The position numbers and the translations under genes are program-made. From Granulicella sp. (GTDB lineage: Bacteria > Acidobacteriota > Terriglobia > Terriglobales > Acidobacteriaceae): 64,000 nucleotides of DNA. Numbering within the stretch: the first letter of the stretch is position 1; every line of letters starts with the position of its first letter. The notes beneath the pieces are model-generated. The model saw nothing but the letters and a program-made list of their open reading frames with translations, made no database searches and had not been told where the DNA came from. Location of the stretch: the NCBI GenBank assembly GCA_041691255.1, contig JBEPUY010000005.1, positions 22,114 to 86,113 on the forward strand. The letters are read 5' to 3'. This document shows positions 43,734 through 51,438 of this stretch, in pieces.

Positions 43734-45053
43734 GTGACTTGCAGACTGCATCTTCTCCTTGCCTGCCTTCTTGGCGTCGCATCTTTCATTCCCAAGGCTG
43801 CTTTCGCCCAGGCCGACGAGCTGCGCATGGTGATCGTTGTGAGCCGCCACGGCGTGCGTGCTCCCATCGAGAGCGAGACTCGCTCCAGCCAATACAACAC
43901 GCAGCCGTGGCCCATATGGCCAGTCGCTCCGGGAGTGCTCACGCCAAACGGCGCAATCCTCATGAGCAATATGGGTAGCTTCTACCGGCAGCGTTACGCC
44001 GATCTCTTTCGCGGCCAGCAAGATTGTTCAACGTCGATCTTCGCCGCGGCGAATCGCACCGAGCGCACCGTCAGCTCCGCTCAGGCAGTCCTCAAAGGGC
44101 TTGCGCCGCATTGCTCGATCAAGGTCCATGTGCACGACGCCAGCAGCCTCGATCCACTCTTTGAAGCTGCCGCATTCTCCGGCGTCGCCAACCATGAAGA
44201 GTTGGCAGCCGCTATCCGAGGAAGACTCGGTGGCGATCCGCAGTGGTGGCCGTCTGCCTATCAGCGTCCTCTCGAAGACCTGCAGCAAATTCTTTTGAAC
44301 TGCGGCACAAGTTCGCCCTGCAACAATTCTTCGACGAAAAAGAAACTGCTGAATGATGCTTCCGTGGTGAAGGCCGCAAACATCTCCGACATGGTAGTAA
44401 TCGACGGCCCCGTCAGCAAAGGTGCCGACTTCGCAGAGAACTTCCTTCTGCAATATACCGAAGGCCTGCCGATGGCTCAGGTTGGCTGGGGGCGCGTCTC
44501 GCGTTCAGAGCTGAATGGGTTGATGACGATGAACACCAGCTATCACGACTATGTTCTGCGAACGCCCTACTTCGCGGAGATCGGTGCCTCAGACCTCGCC
44601 AGCCACATCGGCGCAACGCTCCAGCAGGCCGCTGAAGGAAAAAGTGTGAGTGGAGCAATCGGCAGCCCGAACACCCGCTTCCTTCTCCAGCTCGGCCACG
44701 ACTCCAACCTCACCTGGCTCGGCGGGCTGCTGCATCTGAACTGGCTGTTGCCCAATCAACCGCTGAATGCGACGCCGCCAGGAAGCGCTCTGGTCTTCGA
44801 GCTGCACCGCGATGTAACCACCAATCGCTTTTATCTAAAGGTCTATATGATGAGCCAGACGCTGGACCAGATGCGCTACAAAACCCCGCTCACCACCGCA
44901 CACGGTCCATCCATCGCAACGATCTTCGTGCCCAACTGCAGCACCGACGCAACCAATCGCTGCCCGCTCGACCAGTTCCAGAAGCTGATTCAGTCCACAG
45001 TCAACCAGTCTTTTGTTGAGCCCACTTCAAGCACAGTCTCTCCTCACGAATAG
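43734..45053 (+). CDS. Secreted histidine acid phosphatase (branch 2; phytase/glucose-1-phosphatase-like)
   Basis: It has a signal peptide, the catalytic 'SRHGVRAP' (RHGxRxP), and 'GHDSNL' (HD motif). Confidence 0.8.
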   Translation: MTCRLHLLLACLLGVASFIPKAAFAQADELRMVIVVSRHGVRAPIESETRSSQYNTQPWPIWPVAPGVLTPNGAILMSNMGSFYRQRYADLFRGQQDCSTSIFAAANRTERTVSSAQAVLKGLAPHCSIKVHVHDASSLDPLFEAAAFSGVANHEELAAAIRGRLGGDPQWWPSAYQRPLEDLQQILLNCGTSSPCNNSSTKKKLLNDASVVKAANISDMVVIDGPVSKGADFAENFLLQYTEGLPMAQVGWGRVSRSELNGLMTMNTSYHDYVLRTPYFAEIGASDLASHIGATLQQAAEGKSVSGAIGSPNTRFLLQLGHDSNLTWLGGLLHLNWLLPNQPLNATPPGSALVFELHRDVTTNRFYLKVYMMSQTLDQMRYKTPLTTAHGPSIATIFVPNCSTDATNRCPLDQFQKLIQSTVNQSFVEPTSSTVSPHE

Positions 45054-45064
45054 CCTCGGCAGTC

Positions 45065-45328
45065 CTATTCCCACTGCGTCTTATGCCGCTCCAACCACCA
45101 GCACGCAGCATTTCCATTCTGGGGAAAGATGGACCGGCTGCAATTTACCGGCACCACGCCCATGAAGTCATACTCCATCTTGTTCCCCTTCAGCGGCGTG
45201 GCCAGCAGCTGGTTCACCTGCACTACCCCAACCGGCCCCTTGCGAACGCGAAATACCATCCAGTCCCCGACATAGAGCAACGCCGCCAACAAAACTCGCA
45301 AAGTCCATCGCTTCATCCAGCCCTCCAA
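45065..45328 (-). CDS. Small hypothetical membrane protein
   Basis: 87 aa with one hydrophobic helix (LRVLLAALLYVGDW). Support is weak. Confidence 0.35.
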   Translation of the reverse strand: MEGWMKRWTLRVLLAALLYVGDWMVFRVRKGPVGVVQVNQLLATPLKGNKMEYDFMGVVPVNCSRSIFPQNGNAACWWLERHKTQWE

Positions 45329-45424
45329 TAAAAGAACAGCAGTGCGGTAGTTTTCCCTTGCACGATCCTAACTCTTCCACCATAGTTGCTTCTTGACTCG
45401 CTTCTCTTGAGGAGATGCACCGCG

Positions 45425-46387
45425 ATGACGATTCCGCGTCGGCTTCATATTCACCGAAAGACGTTTCTCTCACTCCTGGTCCTGCTCTTTCTGATGGGCT
45501 GCGTTCCCGATCAGGACTATACCCCCGTCATCACCCAGTTTCAGCAGTCTGCCGACACCCTCTCCCATGCCTTCCAAAGATTGCTGACCAACGCGAATTT
45601 AGTCGAGTACGACCACTACATCGACAGCCAGGCCTTCGATCACGCTTCGCTCAGCCCGTCCGAGATCGACAGCCGCGCCGTCATCACCCCCGCAGAACTC
45701 AAGCTCCGCTCCGACGCCATCCGCGCCCTCGCGCAATACACGTCAGCCCTCGCCACGCTCGCACAGGGCAAGGAGGAAGCGCAGATTGTAGCGGATGCCA
45801 CCACCGCCAGCACCAGCTTTTCGACTCTCGCCACCGATGCCCAAACAGCAGCCGCGGGCCACCACCTCATCCCCACCACAGCGGATTACGCCGGTCCCAT
45901 CTCCAGTGCCGCCTCCGCCGCTGGCATCATTCTCGGCCTCATCGAGCGCCACCGCACCCACGAGGAGATTCGCCAAAGCATCGAGAAGAACGATCCCGCG
46001 CTCTCCGCCCTCTTCGACATGCTGGGCACCGAATCGCAGGCCATCTACGAGCGGCAGAAGAGCACCCAACGCGCTCAGGGCGTTCTCCTCTTCACCGACT
46101 ACAACCGCGAGATCACCCAGGCCACTCCGGATAAAGACTATCTCCTCCAGCTCAGCGACCGCATCAAGCAGTTCCGCCGCAACCAGGCCCTCGTCGCCCA
46201 GGCAGACCCCACTGCAGCCATCGCGGCCTTCAAGAAATCCCACGACGCCCTGGTCGCCGTCATCCTCGCGCCCAAAGACGCCAAATCTCGCACCCTCGCG
46301 GCGCTCGTCACCACAGTAAAATCCTTTGCCGCCGAGGTCGAACCCCTGGCAGACGGCGTTCAGTCAACCAGCAGTAAAAAGAACTAA
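45425..46387 (+). CDS. Hypothetical lipoprotein (all-helical)
   Basis: The lipobox is 'LLVLLFLMGC'. ATG at 45425. Confidence 0.55.
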   Translation: MTIPRRLHIHRKTFLSLLVLLFLMGCVPDQDYTPVITQFQQSADTLSHAFQRLLTNANLVEYDHYIDSQAFDHASLSPSEIDSRAVITPAELKLRSDAIRALAQYTSALATLAQGKEEAQIVADATTASTSFSTLATDAQTAAAGHHLIPTTADYAGPISSAASAAGIILGLIERHRTHEEIRQSIEKNDPALSALFDMLGTESQAIYERQKSTQRAQGVLLFTDYNREITQATPDKDYLLQLSDRIKQFRRNQALVAQADPTAAIAAFKKSHDALVAVILAPKDAKSRTLAALVTTVKSFAAEVEPLADGVQSTSSKKN

Positions 46388-46405
46388 CGAAAGGTGGCAG
46401 ACCTT

Positions 46406-46732
46406 ATGACCCAGGCTGAACTCGTGACCGCCATCGGCAACACCCTCACCCAGATGGACGACACCCTGATGGACCCAACCCTCATCAACCAGCCTGCAAA
46501 GTGGCAGCAGGTCTACGCCATGCGCAAGCATCTCGACGACCAGCAACGTACGCTCGTTGCCGCCACCATTCAGGCCGACGACGCCAGCTTCCAGACGCTC
46601 ACCGGCCAGATTCAGCAAGCCATCAAGCAACTCCAGCAGGTCATCGACAATCTCAAGGAGATTGATAGCATTATCAACACCATCGCGCAGATCTCCGCAG
46701 ATCTTGATGAGATTCTCAAAGCCGCAAGCTAA
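46406..46732 (+). CDS. Hypothetical small helical protein
   Basis: It begins 19 nt after the lipoprotein stop. AAAGGTGG lies upstream of the ATG at 46406. The composition is coiled-coil-like. Confidence 0.5.
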   Translation: MTQAELVTAIGNTLTQMDDTLMDPTLINQPAKWQQVYAMRKHLDDQQRTLVAATIQADDASFQTLTGQIQQAIKQLQQVIDNLKEIDSIINTIAQISADLDEILKAAS

Positions 46733-46808
46733 ACCGCTGGACTCGGCCCCCCTTAGGCAGTATCTTTTTTCCGAACCGCAAAACTTCATCTGCTACGGGA
46801 GAGAAATA

Positions 46809-47456
46809 ATGGCACGTTCGAAATTTCTAACAATTGCAGCCGCCGCTTTAGTCAGCTTCACCGTCTCCGCCGCTCCGGTTCTCGCTCAGGGCGCCCAGCC
46901 CAACTCCACCTGGTCGCAGAACGACACCGTCCGCATCATTAAAGATGTCCAAAAGCAGCTCGGCGGTCTCACCAACTACGCCGTCTTCGATTGGATCACC
47001 TTCGGCATCCACGGCAAAACCCTCGTCCTCAACGGCTACGCCTCCCGCCCAACGCTCAAGGAGGATGCTGGCCGCGCCGTCAAAGGCATCCCCGGCATCG
47101 CCTCGGTCGAGAACAATATCGAAGTTCTGCCCAACTCGCCGAACGATGACCGTGTCCGCGCCGCCGTCTACAACCGCATCTACACCGCGCCGAGCCTTCG
47201 CCGCTACAACGCCAACGCCGGACGGCTCGGCCGCGGTCTCAGCGTAGCCCGCATGGCTGGCGGCATCACCGTCGATCCGCCGCTCGGCTATCACGCCATC
47301 CACATCATCGTGAAGAACGGCAACGTCATCCTCTACGGCGTCGTCTCGAACCAAAGCGATTCCGCAATCGCTGGAATGCAGGCCAACTCCGCCCCCGGTA
47401 GCTTCAGCATCACCAACGACATCGTCGTCGAAGGCGCACCGGCCAAAGGCAAGTAG
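46809..47456 (+). CDS. BON-domain periplasmic protein (two BON domains)
   Basis: It has a signal peptide MARSKFLTIAAAALVSFTVSAAPVLAQG. The two BON-like modules are 'ITFGIHGKTLVLNGYASRPTLKEDAGRAVKGIPGIASVENNIEV' and 'IHIIVKNGNVILYGVVSNQSDSAIAG'. Confidence 0.8.
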   Translation: MARSKFLTIAAAALVSFTVSAAPVLAQGAQPNSTWSQNDTVRIIKDVQKQLGGLTNYAVFDWITFGIHGKTLVLNGYASRPTLKEDAGRAVKGIPGIASVENNIEVLPNSPNDDRVRAAVYNRIYTAPSLRRYNANAGRLGRGLSVARMAGGITVDPPLGYHAIHIIVKNGNVILYGVVSNQSDSAIAGMQANSAPGSFSITNDIVVEGAPAKGK

Positions 47457-47474
47457 TCCCGCACCAAATCCCGA

Positions 47475-47505
47475 ACGGAGTGACGGCCAGCTCCCGTCAC
47501 TCCGT
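47475..47505 (+). terminator. Hairpin downstream of the BON gene
   Basis: ACGGAGTGACGG-CCAGCTC-CCGTCACTCCGT is a 12-bp stem. There is no clear T-tract. Confidence 0.4.
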
Positions 47506-47668
47506 CGTCCCATGCTTTAAATTGGCATTCGCAAATCGCTGTCGTCGGCGCTGCTGGTCGTCCTCCCAACCGAACCAGCAGAAAGCACGTCATCTCGACC
47601 GGAGCGAAGCGCAGTGGAGAGACCCCTGTATTTTGCTTTTGCTGTTGCCTGTACTTTCCATCAACCCA

Positions 47669-48457
47669 CTACAGATTGAACAACTCCCGCAGCCGTTTCG
47701 TCTGCGCCCGGCTCACCGGAATCTCCGTCTTCTTCGGATCATCCATCCGAAGCTGGTAGCTCGACTTGAACCACGGCACCACCTCGCGGATGTGCTGGAT
47801 GTTCACCACAAACGAGCGGTGCGCCCGCCAGAACGTCTCCGGGTCGAGTTGGTCCATCAGCTCCTCCAGCGTTCGGCAGTTCGAGTGCCCCTCCACTGTA
47901 GAGGTCACCACCGTAATCGTGCCCTCTTCAATCGAGGCAAAGCAGATCTCTCTCTGGTTCACCAGCAGCAGTCTGCTCTGCGCCCGCACAATCACCTTGC
48001 CCGTATGCGCCTTCCCGCCCTGCGACTGCTCTTCCATCAGCCGCAGCAGCGCGTCCAGCTTGGCCTCGCTGCCCGACTCCGTGGGTGTGGCCAGCCGCGC
48101 CGCAGCCTTCTCAATCGTCTGCATCACCCGCTTCTGGTCAAAGGGCTTCAGCAGGTAGTCCACCGCATTCACCTCAAACGCACGCACAGCATATTGGTTG
48201 AAAGCCGTCGCGAATACCACCTGCGGCATCGGCACCTTGCGGTCCAGCAGCTTCTTCAACACTGCAAACCCATCCAGCCCCGGCATCTGCACGTCGAGAA
48301 ACACCACATCCGGCTTATGTGTCTGGATCAGGTCCACCGCCTCGATCCCATTGGTTCCGTGCGCCAGCACCTCGACGCCGCCACCCCGCTCCAGCAGATA
48401 CTGAAGCTCCTGCCGCGCCAGCGGTTCGTCATCGATGATGAGCGCGGTCAATGCCAT
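47669..48457 (-). CDS. LytTR/AlgR-family response regulator
   Basis: The receiver is 'ALIIDDEPLARQEL...PDVVFLDVQMPGLDGF'. The LytTR DNA-binding domain is 'FWRAHRSFVVNIQHIREV'. Confidence 0.9.
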   Translation of the reverse strand: MALTALIIDDEPLARQELQYLLERGGGVEVLAHGTNGIEAVDLIQTHKPDVVFLDVQMPGLDGFAVLKKLLDRKVPMPQVVFATAFNQYAVRAFEVNAVDYLLKPFDQKRVMQTIEKAAARLATPTESGSEAKLDALLRLMEEQSQGGKAHTGKVIVRAQSRLLLVNQREICFASIEEGTITVVTSTVEGHSNCRTLEELMDQLDPETFWRAHRSFVVNIQHIREVVPWFKSSYQLRMDDPKKTEIPVSRAQTKRLRELFNL

Positions 48458-48482
48458 ACAACAATACTAGTCGTTAGAATTC

Positions 48483-49031
48483 TTAGTCGCTATAGACGCG
48501 CAGCCGCGCCGGGGCCTGATCTTCGGCAAGGTCATGGCCGCACTGCGTGCAATAGACATCCGTGATCTGCACGCCGCGAAAGCAGCGCCCGCACACCGGA
48601 GCCACCTGGAACTGGCACTGCGGACAGAAGTGAATCCCCGACGTGATCTCTGTACTGCAATGCGGGCAACGCGAGAGAATAGGCTGCCGCAGCAGGAAGT
48701 AGACCACCGCCCCAATGCCGCCCGGCATAACGATGACCACTAGCATCCACAGTCCGGGGGACATATTGCGGCGCTTCACATCGCGGCTGACATACCCGAT
48801 CAGCAGAACATAGGTCGCAAGCGCCGTACCCCACGAGTAGCCCATCAAGATCCGCATCGGCAGCATTTCGTGCCGGCGATGCGGCATGACTACCTGAAAC
48901 AGATACTGAATCGCAATGAAGACGATGACCGCCAGAATCACAGACCACGCCGGAATCAGGCTAAGCTGGTCTTCGTCCGTCGCCGCCGCCTCCTGCGCCC
49001 GCTCCGATTTGTGGCTCCACGGCATCGTCAT
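48483..49031 (-). CDS. Membrane protein with PLD-nuclease-N-like TM segment and C-terminal double zinc ribbon
   Basis: It has 4 TM helices, 'WMLVVIVMPGGIGAVVYFLL', and 'CPHCSTEI..FCPQCQFQVAPVCGRCFRGV..YCTQCGHDL' (4 CxxC pairs). Confidence 0.65.
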   Translation of the reverse strand: MTMPWSHKSERAQEAAATDEDQLSLIPAWSVILAVIVFIAIQYLFQVVMPHRRHEMLPMRILMGYSWGTALATYVLLIGYVSRDVKRRNMSPGLWMLVVIVMPGGIGAVVYFLLRQPILSRCPHCSTEITSGIHFCPQCQFQVAPVCGRCFRGVQITDVYCTQCGHDLAEDQAPARLRVYSD

Positions 49032-49423
49032 CGCATCCTCTCTCCGTCAGAGCGCTTACGCATCCGCCGAAACCATATCGTTACCAGCAGGGCCATCGAA
49101 ACGGGGAAGAACCACAGAGCCAGCACTAGGAACTGATCGCTCGAATCGGGAACGCCAATCGGAATCAGCTCATAGCCATCCAGCACCGTCCATACCGCCG
49201 TGCAGATCAGCACCAGAAACATCGAACTGACCGCCAGCGGAATCCACAGGCTGCGGATACGGCTGCGTCGCGCCTCCAGCATCTTCGCCCGCTCCCGCAC
49301 CACCCGGTGCGTCCGGTTCACCAGCGAAGCCTTCGCCGCAACATTAATCTTTGGCAGCCCCTGGCCACCATGTGCACGGCCCGTCTCCATCACCAGAGAG
49401 TGCTCATCGAGAATGTTCTTCAT
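49028..49423 (-). CDS. Putative membrane anti-sigma factor
   Basis: 131 aa with 2 TM helices. ATGA overlaps join it to the sigma gene upstream and to the zinc-ribbon gene downstream. Confidence 0.5.
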   Translation of the reverse strand: MKNILDEHSLVMETGRAHGGQGLPKINVAAKASLVNRTHRVVRERAKMLEARRSRIRSLWIPLAVSSMFLVLICTAVWTVLDGYELIPIGVPDSSDQFLVLALWFFPVSMALLVTIWFRRMRKRSDGERMR

Positions 49424-50112
49424 ACGACCGCCTCCCCCACAGGACGGGATGCACGAATCCGTTCCATCTCCGGCTTCAAAGCCGCCAGTCCGCGATAGAG
49501 CCGGGACTTCACCGTAGACAAAGGAGCACGGGTCACCCCGGCGATCTCTTCGAGCGAAAGCTCCTCGTAGAACCGCAGCACCAGCACCTCGCGGTAGTTC
49601 GGTTCGAGCTTCAGCAGCACCTCGCCCACCTCGGCGCAGTTCTCCCGCTCCTCGAACTGCTCCAGCGGAGAAGGTCCGGACATCGCAACCTCAAACGGCC
49701 GGTCGTCTTCCTTGCTGTCGCTCATCTCATCGAGGCTCGCCATGGTTCGCTTCCGCGACAGGTCGATCACCAGGTTGCGTGCAATCGTAAACAGCCAGGT
49801 ATCGAAGCGAGCCTTGCCGTTATACTGCGCACCCCGCAGCAGAACGCGCATCCATGTCTCTTGAAACAGATCTTCGGCGACCTCGCGCTTGCCCGTCAAA
49901 AACAGCAGGTAGCGCATCAGCCGATGTTGATAAAGCTCAATCAGTTGGTCGAGAAGTTCGGGGTCCTGCCGCTTCAGCCCCTGGGCAATGGCCGCGTTCT
50001 CGCTCTGGGCCTGAACGGCCGCCGCAGTTGCCAGCGAAATTGCTCCACCTTGCACACTCTCTCTGACGCGAGCGCGCTGAAAAAAGACTCGGTTGGGGCT
50101 GAATTTATCCAT
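49420..50112 (-). CDS. ECF-type RNA polymerase sigma factor
   Basis: Region 2 is 'LIELYQHRLMRYLLFLTGKREVAEDLFQETWMRV'. Region 4 is 'LEPNYREVLVLRFYEELSLEEIAGVTRAPLSTVKSRLYRG'. Confidence 0.85.
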   Translation of the reverse strand: MDKFSPNRVFFQRARVRESVQGGAISLATAAAVQAQSENAAIAQGLKRQDPELLDQLIELYQHRLMRYLLFLTGKREVAEDLFQETWMRVLLRGAQYNGKARFDTWLFTIARNLVIDLSRKRTMASLDEMSDSKEDDRPFEVAMSGPSPLEQFEERENCAEVGEVLLKLEPNYREVLVLRFYEELSLEEIAGVTRAPLSTVKSRLYRGLAALKPEMERIRASRPVGEAVV

Positions 50113-50641
50113 GCAAAATCAAGAATCCCCTCGCTCAGGCAGCGCCGCGTCGCAGCGCTTCCGGCTGATTCATTCTAAATTGCCCATCGCAACAATGACT
50201 CCTCGCCACCTGCGCCGTAAACGCATTTGCCACTCTCATCCACTTCATACTCAAGCAGATCGAAAACCGGCAATCTGGGAGAGTCCCTATCCAACTGATT
50301 CTATGGCTATTACAAATTTATTATCAGAAAACAAAGGCAAAAATGCTTGTCAAGCCCAAAGACCATCTAACTAAAACAAAATAAAGCAAATAGAGGTTGC
50401 AAATGAGTTTGATCCAATTAGCTACACTAAAAGAGTAGAGAAATAATTCAGAACTTTCAGTCCACAGGCTGGGACTTAACTCCTTTAGAAGCAATATTTT
50501 ACCGATAAACCATTAGGAATGAAGGCTTTGCGGGACTAAACTTCTGCAAACACATAAAAATAAATGACTTATGGTAAAAGTACCCCCGGGGGGTGGGGGT
50601 AGCATTCGAGACCATAACCGGGCTGCACGATAGACTGAGTC

Positions 50642-51427
50642 ATGGAAGTTCTGTACGGTCTTCACCCGGTCGAGGAGGCCATCCGGTCCGGTTCGCGCCA
50701 GCTTGACCACGTAAGCGTCGCCCGCGAGCGCCGCGACGAACGCCTCGAGCGTCTCATCCAGCTCTGCCGCACCGCAGGCATCCGCGTTGCACTCGAGCCT
50801 CGCGACCAGCTCACTCGCCTCGCCCACACCGACGCCCACCAGGGCGTGCTGGCAGTCGTCAAAGAGCGCCAGTTTCTCGGCGTCGAAGATCTTCTCGCGG
50901 CCAAAGAAGAAGGACAGCACCGCTTCTTCCTCGCCCTCGACGGCGTCGAAGATCCTCACAATCTCGGTGCCCTGCTTCGCACCGCCGACGGCGCCGGAGT
51001 CGACGGAGTCATCCTGCCCGAGCGGCGCTCCGCTCCGGTCACGGCAACGGTTGCCAAGACCTCAGCCGGAGCCTCCGAGCACGTTCGCATCGCTCGCGTC
51101 ACCAACCTCGTCCGCGCCCTCGAACAGATGAAGCAAAAGCACATCTGGGTTCTCGGGCTCGACGAGCGCGGCACACCGGATTACACCGAGTTCGACTTCA
51201 ACACCGATTGCGTCCTTGTACTCGGGCGCGAAGGTGCCGGGCTGCACGACCTGGTAAAGAAGACCTGCGACCATCTGCTGCGCATCCCGATGGCCGGCCA
51301 GGTCTCATCCCTGAACGTCTCCGTAGCCGGCGCGGTGGTGATGTACGAAGCCATGCGCCAACGGCGGCCGCCAGCAAAAAAACCTGCAAAAAAGCCAGAG
51401 AAACCCCGCAAGGGACTAGGATCCTGA
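50642..51427 (+). CDS. rlmB: 23S rRNA (guanosine-2'-O)-methyltransferase, SpoU/TrmH family (RlmB-like)
   Basis: 'LYGLHPVEEAI', 'LDGVEDPHNLGALLRTA' and 'IPMAGQVSSLNVSVAGAVVMYE' identify the family. The C-terminal tail is Lys/Pro-rich. Confidence 0.8.
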   Translation: MEVLYGLHPVEEAIRSGSRQLDHVSVARERRDERLERLIQLCRTAGIRVALEPRDQLTRLAHTDAHQGVLAVVKERQFLGVEDLLAAKEEGQHRFFLALDGVEDPHNLGALLRTADGAGVDGVILPERRSAPVTATVAKTSAGASEHVRIARVTNLVRALEQMKQKHIWVLGLDERGTPDYTEFDFNTDCVLVLGREGAGLHDLVKKTCDHLLRIPMAGQVSSLNVSVAGAVVMYEAMRQRRPPAKKPAKKPEKPRKGLGS

Positions 51428-51438
51428 ATTTGAAGCTG

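Noticed and set aside
47560-47650. The segment 'CATCTCGACCGGAGCGAAGCGCAGTGGAGAGACCCCTGTATTTTGCTTTTGCTGTTGCC' after the BON gene looks like another dispersed intergenic repeat.
   Set aside because: There is only one copy in this window, so I cannot show that it is a repeat. A genome-wide BLASTN would be needed.
50440-50615. A possible third, degenerate copy of the R145 right arm in the AT-rich intergenic region.
   Set aside because: The similarity is limited to two short patches separated by about 100 bp of unrelated sequence, which could be chance.
51208-51438. N-terminal extensions of track ORFs into upstream genes. Examples are 51208 for the M1-like gene, 14539 for the GT4, 46557 for the BON protein, 35644 for the lipase, 57055 for lepB copy 2, 45386 for the lipoprotein and 35179 for the RHH ORF.
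   Set aside because: In each case the extension overlaps the preceding gene and lacks protein-like sequence. An internal ATG directly precedes a signal peptide or conserved N-terminus, often with a Shine-Dalgarno-like purine run.
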